A stretch of DNA of 62,988 bases, the filler included, from Reclinomonas americana ATCC 50394 (lineage: Eukaryota), in the NCBI GenBank assembly GCA_048213135.1. It is 20 parts of 20 records of this genome, joined end to end, with 100 filler letters (N's around TTAATTAATTAA, not from the genome) between each part and the next. Parts side by side here need not be neighbours in the genome. Positions count along the whole stretch, not along the records: positions 20,565 to 22,936 come from AFZH01023250.1; positions 23,037 to 24,108 come from AFZH01023251.1; positions 24,209 to 26,383 come from AFZH01023252.1; positions 26,484 to 29,142 come from AFZH01023253.1; positions 29,243 to 30,448 come from AFZH01023254.1; positions 30,549 to 35,370 come from AFZH01023255.1; 14 more parts are not named here. The stretch is one strand, 5' to 3'. A program made the translations under genes and the position numbers. The notes under the pieces are model-generated. The model was not told the origin of the DNA and made no database searches. It saw nothing but the letters and a program-made list of their open reading frames with translations. Of this stretch, positions 22,347-35,165 are shown one piece after another (position 1 is the first letter of the stretch; every line of letters starts with the position of its first letter).

Positions 22347-23996
22347 ATGGCAACAAAGGTGTGAATTTGTGCGCACTTTTGCGTGGTTGGTGTCTGTGCG
22401 TGCATTCGTGTGCTCGTGCGTGTGTGCGGTTGTTGTTTGTGTGTTTGTGCATGTGCGTCTCACCGCGTGTGGTCGGCACAGATCATTCGTAATCTCGCTT
22501 CGGTGCGGTCCGTCACCGTCACTCCCGACGGCAAGCACATTGTCGGTGGGTGCATGGACAACACGATTCGAATGTGGTCACTCGCGAGTGGCGAAGAAGT
22601 GCGACGGCTGGAAGGACACACTGAATGGGTGCTTTGTGTCGCCGTCACCCCTGATGGTAAGCTTATTATCAGTGGCCATGGGGGTCAAGACAACACAGTT
22701 CGTGTGCACGTGTGGTCGCTGGCGAGTGGTGACGAAGAGCGACGGCTGGTGGGACACACTGGATGGGTGTTTTCTGTCACCGTCACCCCAGATGGTCAGC
22801 ACGTTGTCAGCGGCAGCTTCGACAAGACAGTGCGAGTGTGGTCGTTGATGAGTGGGAAGGAGGTGCGACGGCTGCAGGGACACACTGCAAGGGTGTTGTC
22901 TGTCGCTGTCACCCCTGATGGTAAGCACGTTGTGAGNNNNNNNNNNNNNNNNNNNNNNNNNNNNNNNNNNNNNNNNNNNNTTAATTAATTAANNNNNNNN
23001 NNNNNNNNNNNNNNNNNNNNNNNNNNNNNNNNNNNNTGGGGGTGGAGACAACACAGTGCGGGTATGGTTGCTGGCGAGTGGGGAAGAGGTCCGACGGTTG
23101 GAGGGACACACTGACTGGGTGATTTCAGTCGCTGTTACTCCAGACGGTCAGCACATCGTGAGTGGCAGTAGGGACAAAACGGTGAGAGTGTGGTCACTGA
23201 CGAGTGGAGAAGAAGTGCGACGGTTAGAGGGACACACTCGCCCTGTGTGGTCTGTGGCCGTCACTTCGGATGGTCAGCATGTCGTGAGTGGGAGTGGAGA
23301 CAGCACTGTGAGGGTGTGGTCTCTGGAGGGTGGAGAGGAAGTGCGACGGTTTGAGGGTCATGACGGATGGGTGTCGTCTGTTGCCGTCTCTCTCGATGGT
23401 CAGCACATTGTGAGTGGTAGCCACGATAACATAGTGCGGGTATGGTTGCTGGCGAGTGGGAGGAGGTGCGACGCGTACGGTTGGCGGGACACACTGGATG
23501 GGTGTACTCTGTTACTGTTACTCCAGATGGTCAGCACATCGTAAGCGGGAGCGGGGACAACACAGTGCGAGTGCGGTCGCTGATGAGTGGAGACCAAGTG
23601 CGACGGTTGGAGGGACACACTGGTGCGGTGTGGTCTGTCGCCATCACTCCCGACGGCCATCATGTCGTGAGTGGGAGCGAGGACAAGACAGTGCGGGTAT
23701 GGTCTCTGGTAAGTGGCGAGGAAGTACGACAGTTGGAGCGACACACTGGATATGTGTCGTCTGTGGCCGTCTCTCCCGATAGTCAGCGCATTGTGAGTGC
23801 GGGTGGCTACGACAATACCGTGCGAGTGTGGTCTACACCGCGTGGCCTTGCTCGTCTCGAACTCGACGCCGCGCGCTTGGCCATGCGAGCTGTGCAGGAG
23901 ATGCAGGAGGAAGAAGTAGATTCACGATGCCTTCCCGAGCTGGTTCTGCGCTGCTTCATTGTCGAGGATGCCGAGGTCATCCTTTTCCGGTGCTGA
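22347..23996 (+). pseudogene. WD40 array copy A3: spans an assembly spacer, probably 10 blades, 1-nt frameshift at ~23460
   Basis: MATK exon at 22347. The ends abut across the spacer (GTG AG|T GGG GGT GGA GAC = VSGGGD). The frame change lies in a G-run (GAGTGGGAGGAG) and could be a homopolymer error. Confidence 0.65.
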
Positions 23997-26008
23997 GTTG
24001 GTGAGTCGGAGGGAGGGAGAGCGGTGGCTGCTGGTGATTGTGAGTTGTTTTGCGTGTCTTGTGAGGGAGAGTGGGTGATCATGTGGGTGCGGGTGGGGGA
24101 AGAGAGGANNNNNNNNNNNNNNNNNNNNNNNNNNNNNNNNNNNNNNNNNNNNTTAATTAATTAANNNNNNNNNNNNNNNNNNNNNNNNNNNNNNNNNNNN
24201 NNNNNNNNCGCACCTCCTTGGCACCTCTATACTCTGCTTCCCATTGTGCACGTGCGCCGTGGGCAGTCTCCTTTCGTCTCTGCAGGATGCCTGTCTTTCA
24301 GCTCTCTTTTTCCTGCCTCCTGCAGAGTCTATCTCTTTCTCCGCCATCTCTCTGCCTTTGTGCGCTCATCTGATTCCCCAGCCATCCGCCCCTCCTTGCC
24401 GCACACGCTCGAGGTCGAGCATTCTGGTCTGCTCATTATGCACCGACTGCCATAGATTGCCAGTCCATCATGGTGAGCATGTCGATGCCGAAGTGTGTGG
24501 GATGGCATGACTGTATGCTGACTCTCCTTCTCTCTCCCTTGCAGGACGGTTGTGTGAGCGTCCCTTGGCTTGCCTCTTGCCCAACCGTGTGTTGATATCA
24601 GCTGCTGATCGGTGTGTTTGTCACGTGAGACAGAGCAGATTTCTCTCCCCGTCCTCCATTCTTTGCTCACAGCACACCGGCATGCAGACACCATGGAAAG
24701 CATGTCGTGGCGAGGACAGGCGTGATGTGCATCGCCCGTTGCCGGCTGTCACCTCACTCACTCGGCTCCCCACTCGCATCCCACCAATGCACGAAGCAGG
24801 TGTGTGGCCATGTTCGTCGTGATCTCTCTTCTCTTCCTTCCCTCCACTCACTTCATACCTGCAGGTCGTGCACGTCATGGAGAACGTGGCTGGGTGGAAG
24901 TACACATGTGTGTCGTGATGTGCGATGGGTGTCATGGTCGGTGGATCGTTTTCAATCCCGGCTGGCAAGTCGGAGCGGATCGATGATGTGCGCACCTTGG
25001 CTGCCGCCGTCTCTGTCGAGTGATGACGCTGGTGGCCACGGGGGACTGCAGACGCGTGTTCGGCAATCTACTCATGGGTGGACACATGCGTGTCGTGTTT
25101 CCCGATGGGTGGCCTGGTCGGTGGATCGTTCTCGATCCCGGTTGGCAAGTCAGAGCGGATCGATGATGTGCGCTTCTTGGTTGCCGCTGTCGCCGCCAAG
25201 TAATGATGGTGATGGCCATGGGAGACTGCAGACGCGCGCGTGGCCTGGTGCGTACGTGTTCTACATCTGCGTTGAGGAGTAAGTTGGCGGGACTTGGAGA
25301 TTGACTAACTCAATTCTGTGTGACAGGCGTGCTGGCAAGTGACTGGCGTGCGAAGACACGTGGTTCCGTGCCACACAGTGCATGCATGAGACAATGCACC
25401 GACCGACTGTGAGTGTGATTGAAGGCGCGAGGCATTGATTGTGACTTGGGTGAGAGGAGGCGAACAACACAGCTGCCTCGTCCATCGCTGTGCACGTGCT
25501 ACTGTACTGGGCGCTCCTCTCCTGTTCCCTGTGACTCCCCTTCTTCGTCGTACCATCATGAACCTCGCTGTGGACCGATCCAAGGAGGTGTGAGGTGTCG
25601 CGGACCCGCTGCTCATTGGAATCTCGAGTGTGCCGTGGCATCAGCACACCAGGGCCACAACTGCGTATCCAAGCAGCACGACATGCCAGTCCTCGTTGAG
25701 AGATAATGCAGGTCAGTCGAAAGAGAGTGTCGCTTGACGTGCACGGTGCAGTGGAGCGCCACCTTGTGTCACCACCACCTTGCATGTCCGTTCTGTCGAT
25801 TTCTCATCGACCAGTCCCGTGTCGGTCTTCGAAAGCTCACGCGCATCAACGAAGCCACGTCGCTCACTCACTACCGCATGCTGTGTGGGGTGCTGGCTGC
25901 AGCCTGGCGAGGGATGCGGGACTTCTCGGGGCAAGGCGGGAGAAGAAAGGCGGGAAACGGTGACAATCCTGCGAGCAAATCACACACACACTAACACACA
26001 CACGGAGA

Positions 26009-27148
26009 ATGACAACAAAGGTGTGAATGTGTGCGCACTTTCGCGCGGTTGGTGTCTGTGCGTGCATTCGTGTGCTCGTGCATCGTGTGCGGCCGTGGTT
26101 GCTGTTTGTGTGTTTGTGTGTGCGCGTCTCACCGTGAGTGATCGACACAGATCATTCAGAGTCTCGCGACAGTGGTGCGGTCAGTCGCTGTCACTCCCGA
26201 CGGCAAGCACATTGTTGGTGGGTGCTTGGACAACTCCGTTCGTGTGTGGTCTCTGGCGAGCGGAGAAGAAGTGCACGTGCGACGACTGGAGAGAGACACT
26301 GGTTCGGTGTGGTCTGTCGCCGTCACCCCCAATGGCCAGCAGATAGTGAGTGGGTGTGGAGACTGTACCGTGCGTGTGTGGTCNNNNNNNNNNNNNNNNN
26401 NNNNNNNNNNNNNNNNNNNNNNNNNNNTTAATTAATTAANNNNNNNNNNNNNNNNNNNNNNNNNNNNNNNNNNNNNNNNNNNNCGAGCGGGGAGGAGGTG
26501 CGACGGCTGGAAGGACACGCCGATAAGGTGTTGTCTGTCGCTGTCACCCCTGATAGTGAGCACATTGTTAGTGGGAGTCGGGACAACACCATGCGGGTAT
26601 GGTTGCTGGCGAGCGGGGAAGAAGTGCGACGGTTGGAGAAACACACTGGATGGGTGATGTCAGTCGCTGTTACTCCAGATGGTCAACACGTCGTGAGTGG
26701 CAGTAGGGACAACACGGTGAGAGTGTGGTCGCTGGTGAGTGGGAAGGTGGTGCGATGGCTGAATGGACACACTACATGGGTGTCGTCTGTCGTCGTCACT
26801 CCCGATAGCCAGCACATCATTAGCGGGAGTGAGGACAGCACCGTGCGGATGTGGTCTCTGGCAAGTGGCGAGGAAGAGCGACGGTTGGAGGGACACACTG
26901 GACGGGTGTCGTGTGTGACCGTGTCTCCCGATGGTCAGCACATTGTGAGTGCGGGTGGGCAAGACAAGACAATACGAGTGTGGCCCACGCCGCGCGGCCT
27001 TGCTCGCGTCGAGCTCGATGACGCGCGCTTGGCCATGCAGGCTGTGCAGGAGATGCTGGAGGAAGAAGTAGATTCACGATGCCTTCCCGAGCTGGTTCTG
27101 CGCTGTTTCATCGTCGAGGATGCCGAGGTCGTCCTTTTCCGGTGCTGA
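26009..27148 (+). CDS. WD40 array copy A4: MTTK exon, blades 1-2, gap, blades 4-7, A-type tail
   Basis: Exon 26009..26020, intron ending 26150. ORFs 26172.. and 26498..27148 flank the spacer; blade 3 is presumably in the gap. Confidence 0.75.
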
Positions 27149-29242
27149 GTCGGTGAGTCGAAGGAAGGGAGAGCGGTGGCTGCTGGTGATCGTGAGTTGT
27201 TTTTTCGTGTCTTGCGCGGGAGTGCGGGTGATCATGCAAGGTGCAGATTGAAAAAGAGAGGACGACAGACGAGAGGAGAGAAGTCGACGTGGATAATGCA
27301 GAATTGTTCTCTGTGCTTATTGCCCTATCATGTGAGTGAGAGAGAGGTAGTGAAGCACGTCTCCCTCTGTTTACGTGTCTCTTTCTCACCTCCATTTGTG
27401 TATGCAGAGTCTGTGATTTCTTTTCCCCTCGTTGTGATGTCTCTTGTGCGTGCATCTTTCGTCGCTGATATACGTGCCTCATGAGAGCGAGTCACCGTTG
27501 TCTGTTCCCCTCGCGTCTTGTTTTGCGCACCTCCTTGGCACCTCTATACTCTGCTTCCCATTGTGCACGTGCGACTGCGAAGAATGCCTGTCTTTCAGCT
27601 CTCTTTTTTCCTGCCCCCTGCAGAGTCTCTCTCTTTCTCCACCGTCTCCCTCCTTTGTGCGCTTATCTGATTCCCCAGTAATCTGCCCCTCCTTGCCGCA
27701 CACGCTCGAGGCCGAGCATGCTGGTCTGCTCATTGTTTTCCGACTGCCATCCTGCCAGTCCATATGCATCATGGTGAGCTTCCCGATGCCGAAGTGTGTG
27801 AGGTGGCATACCTGCATACTGACTCTGCTCCTTCTCTCCCTTGCAGGATGGTTGTGTGAGCGTCCCTTGGCTTGCTTCTTGACAAACGCGTGTTGGTATC
27901 AGGTGCTGATCGGTGTGTTTATCAGTGAGACAGACCTGGTGTCTCTCGCCTTCTTCCATTCCTTTGCTCACAGCACACCTTTATGCAGACACCGTGAAAA
28001 CACGTTCTCCTCGCTCGTTGGTCGTGACGATGGCAGGCAGGTCGCGCATCGCCCATTGCCGGCAGTCACCTCACTCACTCGGCTCCACACTCGCATCCCA
28101 CCAATGCACGATGCAGTTGTGTGGACTTGTTCGTCTTGATCTCTCTTTCCTCCTTCCCTTCCACTCACCTCATTCATGCAGGTCGTGCATGTCATGGAGA
28201 GCGTGGCTGGGTGGATGTACACATGCGTGTCGTGATGTGCGCCGGTGGCCTGGTTGGTGGCTTGTTTCAATCCCGGCTGGCATGGCGGAGCAGATTGATG
28301 ATGTGCGCACCTTGGTTGTCGCTCTCACTGCCGAGTGACCATGGTGGTGGCCACAGGAGACTGCAGGAACGTGCTTGGCCAGCAACACACTTGTGCGTGC
28401 GTGTTCTACTCCTGCGTTGACGAGCAAGTTGGCGAAAGTTGGAGATTGACTGACTCAGTTCTCAATTCTGTGTGTGATCGTAACACAGGCGTGCTGGCAA
28501 GTGACCGGCATGCGAACACACGTGGTTCCATGCCTTACAGTATATGCATGAGACGATTCACCGACCGAATGTGAATGTGACTGAAGGCACGAGGCATTGA
28601 TTGTGACTTGGGTGATGGGAGGCGAGTCTCACGACACAGCTGCCTCTTCCATCGCTGAGCTGCTATGCTGGTCGCTGCTCTCTTGTTCCTTGTGGTTCTC
28701 TTTCTTTATTGTATCATCATGACGTGCACCTCGTCAACCTTGCTGTGGGCCGATCCGAGGTGTGAGGTGTCGCTGACTCGGTTGCTCGATGGATTCTCAC
28801 AACTGGGCCACAGCTGCATATCCAACAGCCCGACATGCCAGTCCTTGGTGGCAGTGAGTGCTGGTCAGTCGAAAGAGAGTGTCGCTGGACAGCAGCACGG
28901 TGCAACGGAGCACCACCTTGTGTCACCACCACCTTGCATGTCCATTCTGCCGATTTCTCATCGACGAGTGCCATGTCGGTCTTCGAAAGCCCGCACGCAT
29001 CAAAGAAGCCACATCGCTCTCATACTGCTGTATGCTGTGTGGGGTACTGGCTGCAGCCTGGCGACGGATGGACAGCGTCTCAGCAAGGCGGGAGAAGAAA
29101 GGCGGGAACAGTGACAATCCAGAGCGAGCAAATCACACATAANNNNNNNNNNNNNNNNNNNNNNNNNNNNNNNNNNNNNNNNNNNNTTAATTAATTAANN
29201 NNNNNNNNNNNNNNNNNNNNNNNNNNNNNNNNNNNNNNNNNN

Positions 29243-29604
29243 AGCATGTTGTTAGTGGGAGTCAAGACTACACAGTGCGAGTGTGGTCGCTGGCGAGTGG
29301 GCAAGAATTGCGACGGTTCGAGGGACACGCGTGGGGGGTGCAATCTGTCGCTGTTTCTCCCAGCGGGCAGCACATCGTGAGTGGCAGTCAGGATAAAACG
29401 ATCCGAGTGTGGTCCACGCCGCGTGGGCTGGCGGGGCAAGAGCTTGCGGCCGCACGATCAGCCGTGCTGGCCGTCAACGAGCTGCTTGCCGAAGAAGACG
29501 GCGACTGTGACTGGATTCTCGTCGATGTCGTGCTGCGGTGTTTCGTGCTGGAGGATGCAGAGGTGATTGAACGCCGTGCGCCTGGATGGTGCTGGACGGA
29601 GTGA
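29243..29604 (+). CDS. WD40 array copy B1, 3' part (B-type tail ...APGWCWTE*)
   Basis: ORF 29275..29604; followed by the same downstream spacer as B0. Confidence 0.8.
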
Positions 29605-30548
29605 CGTGAATGAATATGCGAAGACCGATTGCTGTAACTGCGTGCAACTCTCTCATGTTGACTGTCACATCGCTTATAGCACGCAGGTGCTTCCTTGCCG
29701 CCCGACCAAACGGACGAAGCTGGGAAGCAGACACAGCACAGTGCAGTGCAGTAGGAGTGCAAGAAGAGCATGCCGGGTGCGAGGTGTGTGTGGGTGGTTG
29801 AGATTGATGAGACCAAGGAATGAATAGACACGCGTGCTGCTCGGCATTGAGTGAGTCCTCCCTCATCAACCCACACACACGCCTTGTGCTTGTGCCCCCA
29901 TGTCGCTTTGGAGATGCCAGCCTGTCGCTGTTGACGCAGCAGCCAGTGGCAATCGTTGCCCGCCTCCCCTTCTCACGCGGGCACCGCGTGTCCATGGAGA
30001 GCGCGTCAAGTATCGATTCAGACGGCCACCATTCTCACCACATACGCCACGGAGAAGGAGTGCACTTGCCTTGTGCACTCGTTTCCTGCACATTGTGTGC
30101 CCCGACAACTAGTGTGACGCACCCCACTCACGAGTTGCGCTGCTTCGTTGCTCTCTTTCTGATCATGAGTCATGTGTTCCTGCGTCTCCACCCGACTCAC
30201 ATGCGTGGCCTGGAGGGAGCTGATGCTCATAGCGCGTCGGGTTGAACAGGCTCGTCATGCATGCATGCACATTCAAGGGCGCAACATCTCACTCACATCG
30301 CAGTTGGAGAATGGAGCGCCACGACGAGGATGCGGAGAGACAGGGGTCAGTGAGACACAGACAGCGCCGCGCGGCACAGGAACGCACGAGAGAGGAAGAG
30401 GAATGTTGATGTTCCGTCGGATGAATCAGAGTTGGTGCTTCTATTCTANNNNNNNNNNNNNNNNNNNNNNNNNNNNNNNNNNNNNNNNNNNNTTAATTAA
30501 TTAANNNNNNNNNNNNNNNNNNNNNNNNNNNNNNNNNNNNNNNNNNNN

Positions 30549-30768
30549 GGATGGTCTCCACATTGCGAGTGCAGGTGGCCAAGACAAGACAATACGAGTG
30601 TGGTCCGCGCCGCGTGGCCTTGCTCGCTTTGAACTCGACGCCGCGCGCTCGGCCATGCGAGCTGTGCAGGAGATGCAGGAGGAAGGAGTAGATTCACGAT
30701 GCCTTCCCGAGCTGGTTCTGCGCTGTTTCATCGTCGAGGATGCCGAGGTCGTCCTTTTTCGGTGCTGA
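30549..30768 (+). CDS. WD40 array copy A5, 3' end only
   Basis: DGLHIASAGGQDKTIRVWSAPRGLARFELDAARSAMRAV...VLFRC*. Confidence 0.8.
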
Positions 30769-32799
30769 GAAGGTGAGCCGAAGGGAGGGAAGGTGGCTGC
30801 TGGTGACTGGGAGTTGTTTTTTCGTGTCTTGCGGGGGAGAGTGGGTGATCATGCGGGATGCAGGTGGGGGAAGAGAGGATGGCAGAGGAAAGGGAGAGAT
30901 CGTTGTTGATGGTGATGAATTCTTCTCGCGTGCTTATTGCCCTGTCATGTGAATGAGAGTGGGTGGTCGTGAAGCAAGTCTCTCTCTGTGTGCGTGCCTC
31001 TTTCTCACCTCCATTTTGTGTGCAAGCTCGATGAATCACTTGGGAGTCTGTAATTTCTTTTCCCCTCGTTGTGATGTCTGTTGTGCGTACCCCGCGAGTC
31101 GTGCATGTATATATGTGCCTCACGAGAGCGAGTCGCCGTTGTCTGTTTTCTTCGCGTCTTGTTTGCACACCTCCTTGGCACCTCTATACTCTGCTTCCCA
31201 TTGGCGCGCGCGCCGTGGACATTCTCCCTCCGGCTCTGAAGAATACATGTCTTTCAGCTCCCTCTTTTCTGTGTCTTGTAGAGTCTCTCTCTCTTTCTCC
31301 ACCATCTCTCTCCTTTGTGCGCTCATCTGCTTCCCCAGCCATCCACCCCTCTTTTCCGCACTCGCTCAAGGCCGAGCATGTTTCCCTACTCATGGTGCAC
31401 CGACTGCCATCGATTGCCAGTCCATCATGGTGAGCTTCTCGATGCCGAAGTGTGTGAGATGGCCTGACTGCATGCTGATTCTTCTCTCCCTCTCCTTTGC
31501 AGGATGGATGTGTGTACAGAAGCATCCCTTGGCTTGCCTCTTGATTAACCACTTGTTGGCATCAGGTGCTGATCGGTGTGTTCGTCACGTGAGACAGAGC
31601 AGATTTCTCTCCCCGTCCTCCATTCTTCGCTCACATCGCACCGACATGCAGGCACCTTAGGGGCAGGTCCCCCTCGTTGTTCCGTAATGATTGCAGGCGT
31701 GCTGTGCATCGCCCGCTGCCGGCTGTCACCTCACTCAGTCGGCTCCACACTCGCATCCCGCCGTGCACGATGCAGGTGCGTGGCCCTGTTTTTCGTGATC
31801 TCTCTTTTCTCCTTCCCTCCCACTCACGTCATCCATGCAGGCCGTGCATGCCATGGAGAACGTGGCTGGGTGGGTGTACACCTGCGTGCCGTGATGTGCG
31901 ATGGGTGGCCTGGTTGGTGGATCGTTTCAAACTCCGGCTGGCAAGTCGGAGCGGATCAATGATGTGCGCACCTTGGCTGATGCTGTCTCTGTCGAGTGAT
32001 GATGGTGGTGGCCATGGAAGACTGCTGGCATGTGCAAGGCCAGCAACTCATGGTGCGTGCGTGTTCCGCGCCTGCGTTGACGTTCAAGTTGGCGAGAGTT
32101 GGAGATTGACTGACTCAATTCTGCGTGTGATATGAACACAGGCGTGCTGGCAAGTGATTGGCCACTGGCATGCATGTAACATGGCGGCGCGCGGTTCCAT
32201 GCCTCACAGTATCTGCATGAGACGATTTACCGACCGACTGTGAGTGTGATTGAAAGCATGAGACATTGACTGTGACTGGGTGAGAGGGGGCGATCTTCCA
32301 CAGCTGTGCTGCTGTAGTGGTCGCTGCTCTCCTGTCTCTTGTGGCTCTTTTTCCTCAATGTCTCACCTCAACCTCGCTGTGGGCCGATCCAAGGAATCGA
32401 TGACTCGGTGCACGTGCTCCATGGATTCTCATGCGTGCTGTGCTGTACAGCTGTGGCTTCAGCACAACAGGGCCAGAGCTGCGTATCCAGGCAGCCCGAC
32501 ATTCCAGTCCTCGTTGGCAGAGAATGCAGGCCAGTCGAAATGAAATGTCGCTGGACAGCAGCACTGAGCAATGGAGAGCCGCACCTTGTGTCGCCGGCAT
32601 GTCCATTTTGCCGATTTCGCATGCGCAACAACGAGTCCCATGTCGGTCTTCGAAAGCCCACACGCATCAACGAAGCCACATTGCTCACACTACCGTCTGT
32701 TGTGTGGGGTACTGGCTGCAGCCTGGCGAAGGATGTAAGACGCCTCAGAGCAAGGCGGAAGAAGAAAGGCGGGAACCGGTGACAATCCGGAGCGAGCAA

Positions 32800-32857
<58 letters not shown>

Positions 32858-32984
32858 CGCGAGAACAGACTCTTCGTTTACCACCGAGAGTACCAACCAG
32901 GTGGCTTGCTCCCCGACCGGAGGAACTCAACAGAAGCGAACCAACAAGAGAGGGCACAAGTGTCATTTATCCTTCCAGCTTCCA

Positions 32985-33039
32985 ATGACAACCAAGGTGC
33001 GCTCACACACACGTGTGTGTGGGAGAGAATCGTGTGTAT

Positions 33040-33075
<36 letters not shown>

Positions 33076-34189
33076 CTTTCTGTCTCTCTCTCTCTCTCTC
33101 TCTTTATGCCCATCTCAGTGTGCATGGTCGACACAGATCTTGCGGGGACACACTGAAGCTGTGCTTTCCATCGCCATCACCCCCGATGGCCTGCACGTGG
33201 TGAGTGGCAGTGATGATTGCACGGTGCGCGTGTGGTCTGTCGCCAGCGGGGAAGAACTGCGACAGTTGAAGGGACACACGGGAGTGGTGACCTCTGTGGC
33301 CGTCACCGTCAACGGTCAACACATTGTGAGTGGCGGCGAAGACATGACTGTGCGAGTGTGGTTGCTGGCGAGTGGAGAACAAGTGCAACGGCTGGAGAGA
33401 ACCCTATACTGGATGTTGTCCGTCGCCGTCACTCCTGATGATGGGCAGTACATTGTGAGCACGAGCTATGACAGCTCTCTGCGCACGTGGTCCCTCGCGA
33501 GTGGAGAAGAAGTGCGGCAGTTTGTTGGACACTTTCATTGGGTGTCGTCCGTGGTCGTCACTCCCAGCGGTGAGTACGTGGTGAGTGGGAGTTGGGATAG
33601 AACAGTGCGAGTGTGGTCGCTGGCGAGTGGTGAAGAAGTGCGACGTCTGGAGGGGCACAGTGACTTTGTATTGTCTGTCAGCACTACTGCCGACGGTCGG
33701 CGCGTGGTGAGTGGCAGTGACGACAAGACAGTGCGCGTTTGGTCACTGGAGAATGGCTGCGAGGAACGACTGTTTGAAGGACACCACGGGGCAGTGAACG
33801 CTGTCGCCGTCACTCGTGACAGTCAGTACGTAGTGAGCGGGAGTTATGACTGCACTGTGCGCGTGTGGTCTATGGTGAGTGGGGATGAAGTGCGACGGCT
33901 GGAGGGGCACACTGGTCCGGTGTCTTCAGTTGTCGTCACACCGGATGGTCAGCACGCCATCAGTGGGAGCGAGGACAAGACGATTCGAGTGTGGTCCACG
34001 CCGCGCGGGCTGGCCCGGCAAGAGCTTGTGGCCGCTCGATCGGCCGAGCAGACCATCAACGAGATGATTGCGGAGGATAGTGGTGACCGCGACTGGGTCC
34101 TTGTGGACGTCGTGCTGCGGTGTTTTGTGTTGGAGGATGCGGAGGTGATTGAACGCCGTGCGCCTGAGTGGTATTCGGCCATGCAATGA
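32985..34189 (+). CDS. WD40 array copy B2: intact 7-blade protein, join(32985..32996,33119..34189); most divergent copy
   Basis: ATGACAACCAAG|GTGCGC...CTCAG|TGTGCATGG; seven repeats; tail ends VLRCFVLEDAEVIERRAPEWYSAMQ*. Confidence 0.9.
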
Positions 34190-34220
34190 ATAGCAGGTCA
34201 TTCGTTCTGCTGATCTCACT

Positions 34221-35165
34221 TCACTCTACAACATGTGGCATCGTCCGCGCGGCTGATTGCGGGCGGACTTGCATCTCTCTTGCAAACTCGCGCTCATCGG
34301 CCACACCGTCTTCCTCATCGAATGCAGCGATCAACACCCGTCGCGGTGCGGGAGGCGGCGGTGGTGGAGGTGGTAGCGGAGGCGCTGGAGGCAGCGACTC
34401 GTGCAACGGCGAAATTTCGTAGGCGCTGAGCAAGCGCGCTCGCCGACTCGGTGTGAACTGTAATCCACTATGGGTTACTCATTCCCCCCATCCTTGTCGC
34501 GCACAGACATTCGCGAGGATACACGCAACTAGCCGCAATTCATCACCGCGGTCCACACCCTCTGAGCTGTCCTCGTCGTTCTTTGCACTGCAAGCGCCCT
34601 CTGGCGCCACGAATGATAATAGTGCCGGTGCAGAGTGCGGAGTTCCGGGCGCCACGCTTAGTAGCGGTAACTCGTGCAGTGAGCTGCTACCACTGTCCGC
34701 CTCTGTTTTGCAGCCACCCATTATACGGCTGAGCGAGAGGAAGCACTCAGTCCCACCACCACGCACCTTCAAACGCCGCCAGCTTGCTCTGCACCGACCT
34801 GCTGCCGCACGCGCAGCATCTGCGTCGTATTCTCCGCCACACATTGCGCAGCATCTTCAGTGCGTCGAACGCGAGCGGTGCCGCAAGGACGGCACCCACA
34901 ATCAGAAGCAGTGCGATGGAGGTGCGTACTTTGAAGTCGAGTGACACCGACGACGTAAAGATGGTGGCGATGGCCACCAGGCCGCCCAAGCCAATGGCTT
35001 CGAGAATGTTGTAGAGGCGGTGCTCGTACGGTTGCACCGCTAGATGTACCGTCAAGAACAGCACGCAGACTACCCACAAGGCCAGTGGCAACACGTCGAG
35101 CGCGTTGATCGCGGCAATCGGGAATAGGGTTCCGAGCACGATTAGTCGCCGAGAGAGCTGGTATC
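34221..35165 (-). CDS. Multi-pass membrane protein, 3' exons (protist TRP-like/7TM-like C-terminal domain), convergent with B2
   Basis: RRLIVL..TM..VQPYEHRLYNILEAIGL..TM pattern; acceptor CAG ends at 35166; low-complexity tail exons; exon borders approximate. Confidence 0.6.

Noticed and set aside
15871..34189. Diversity-generating retroelement or CRISPR-like mechanism behind the variable repeats
   Set aside because: No reverse transcriptase, template repeat or cas gene is visible, and changes are not adenine-specific. The repeats are protein-coding.
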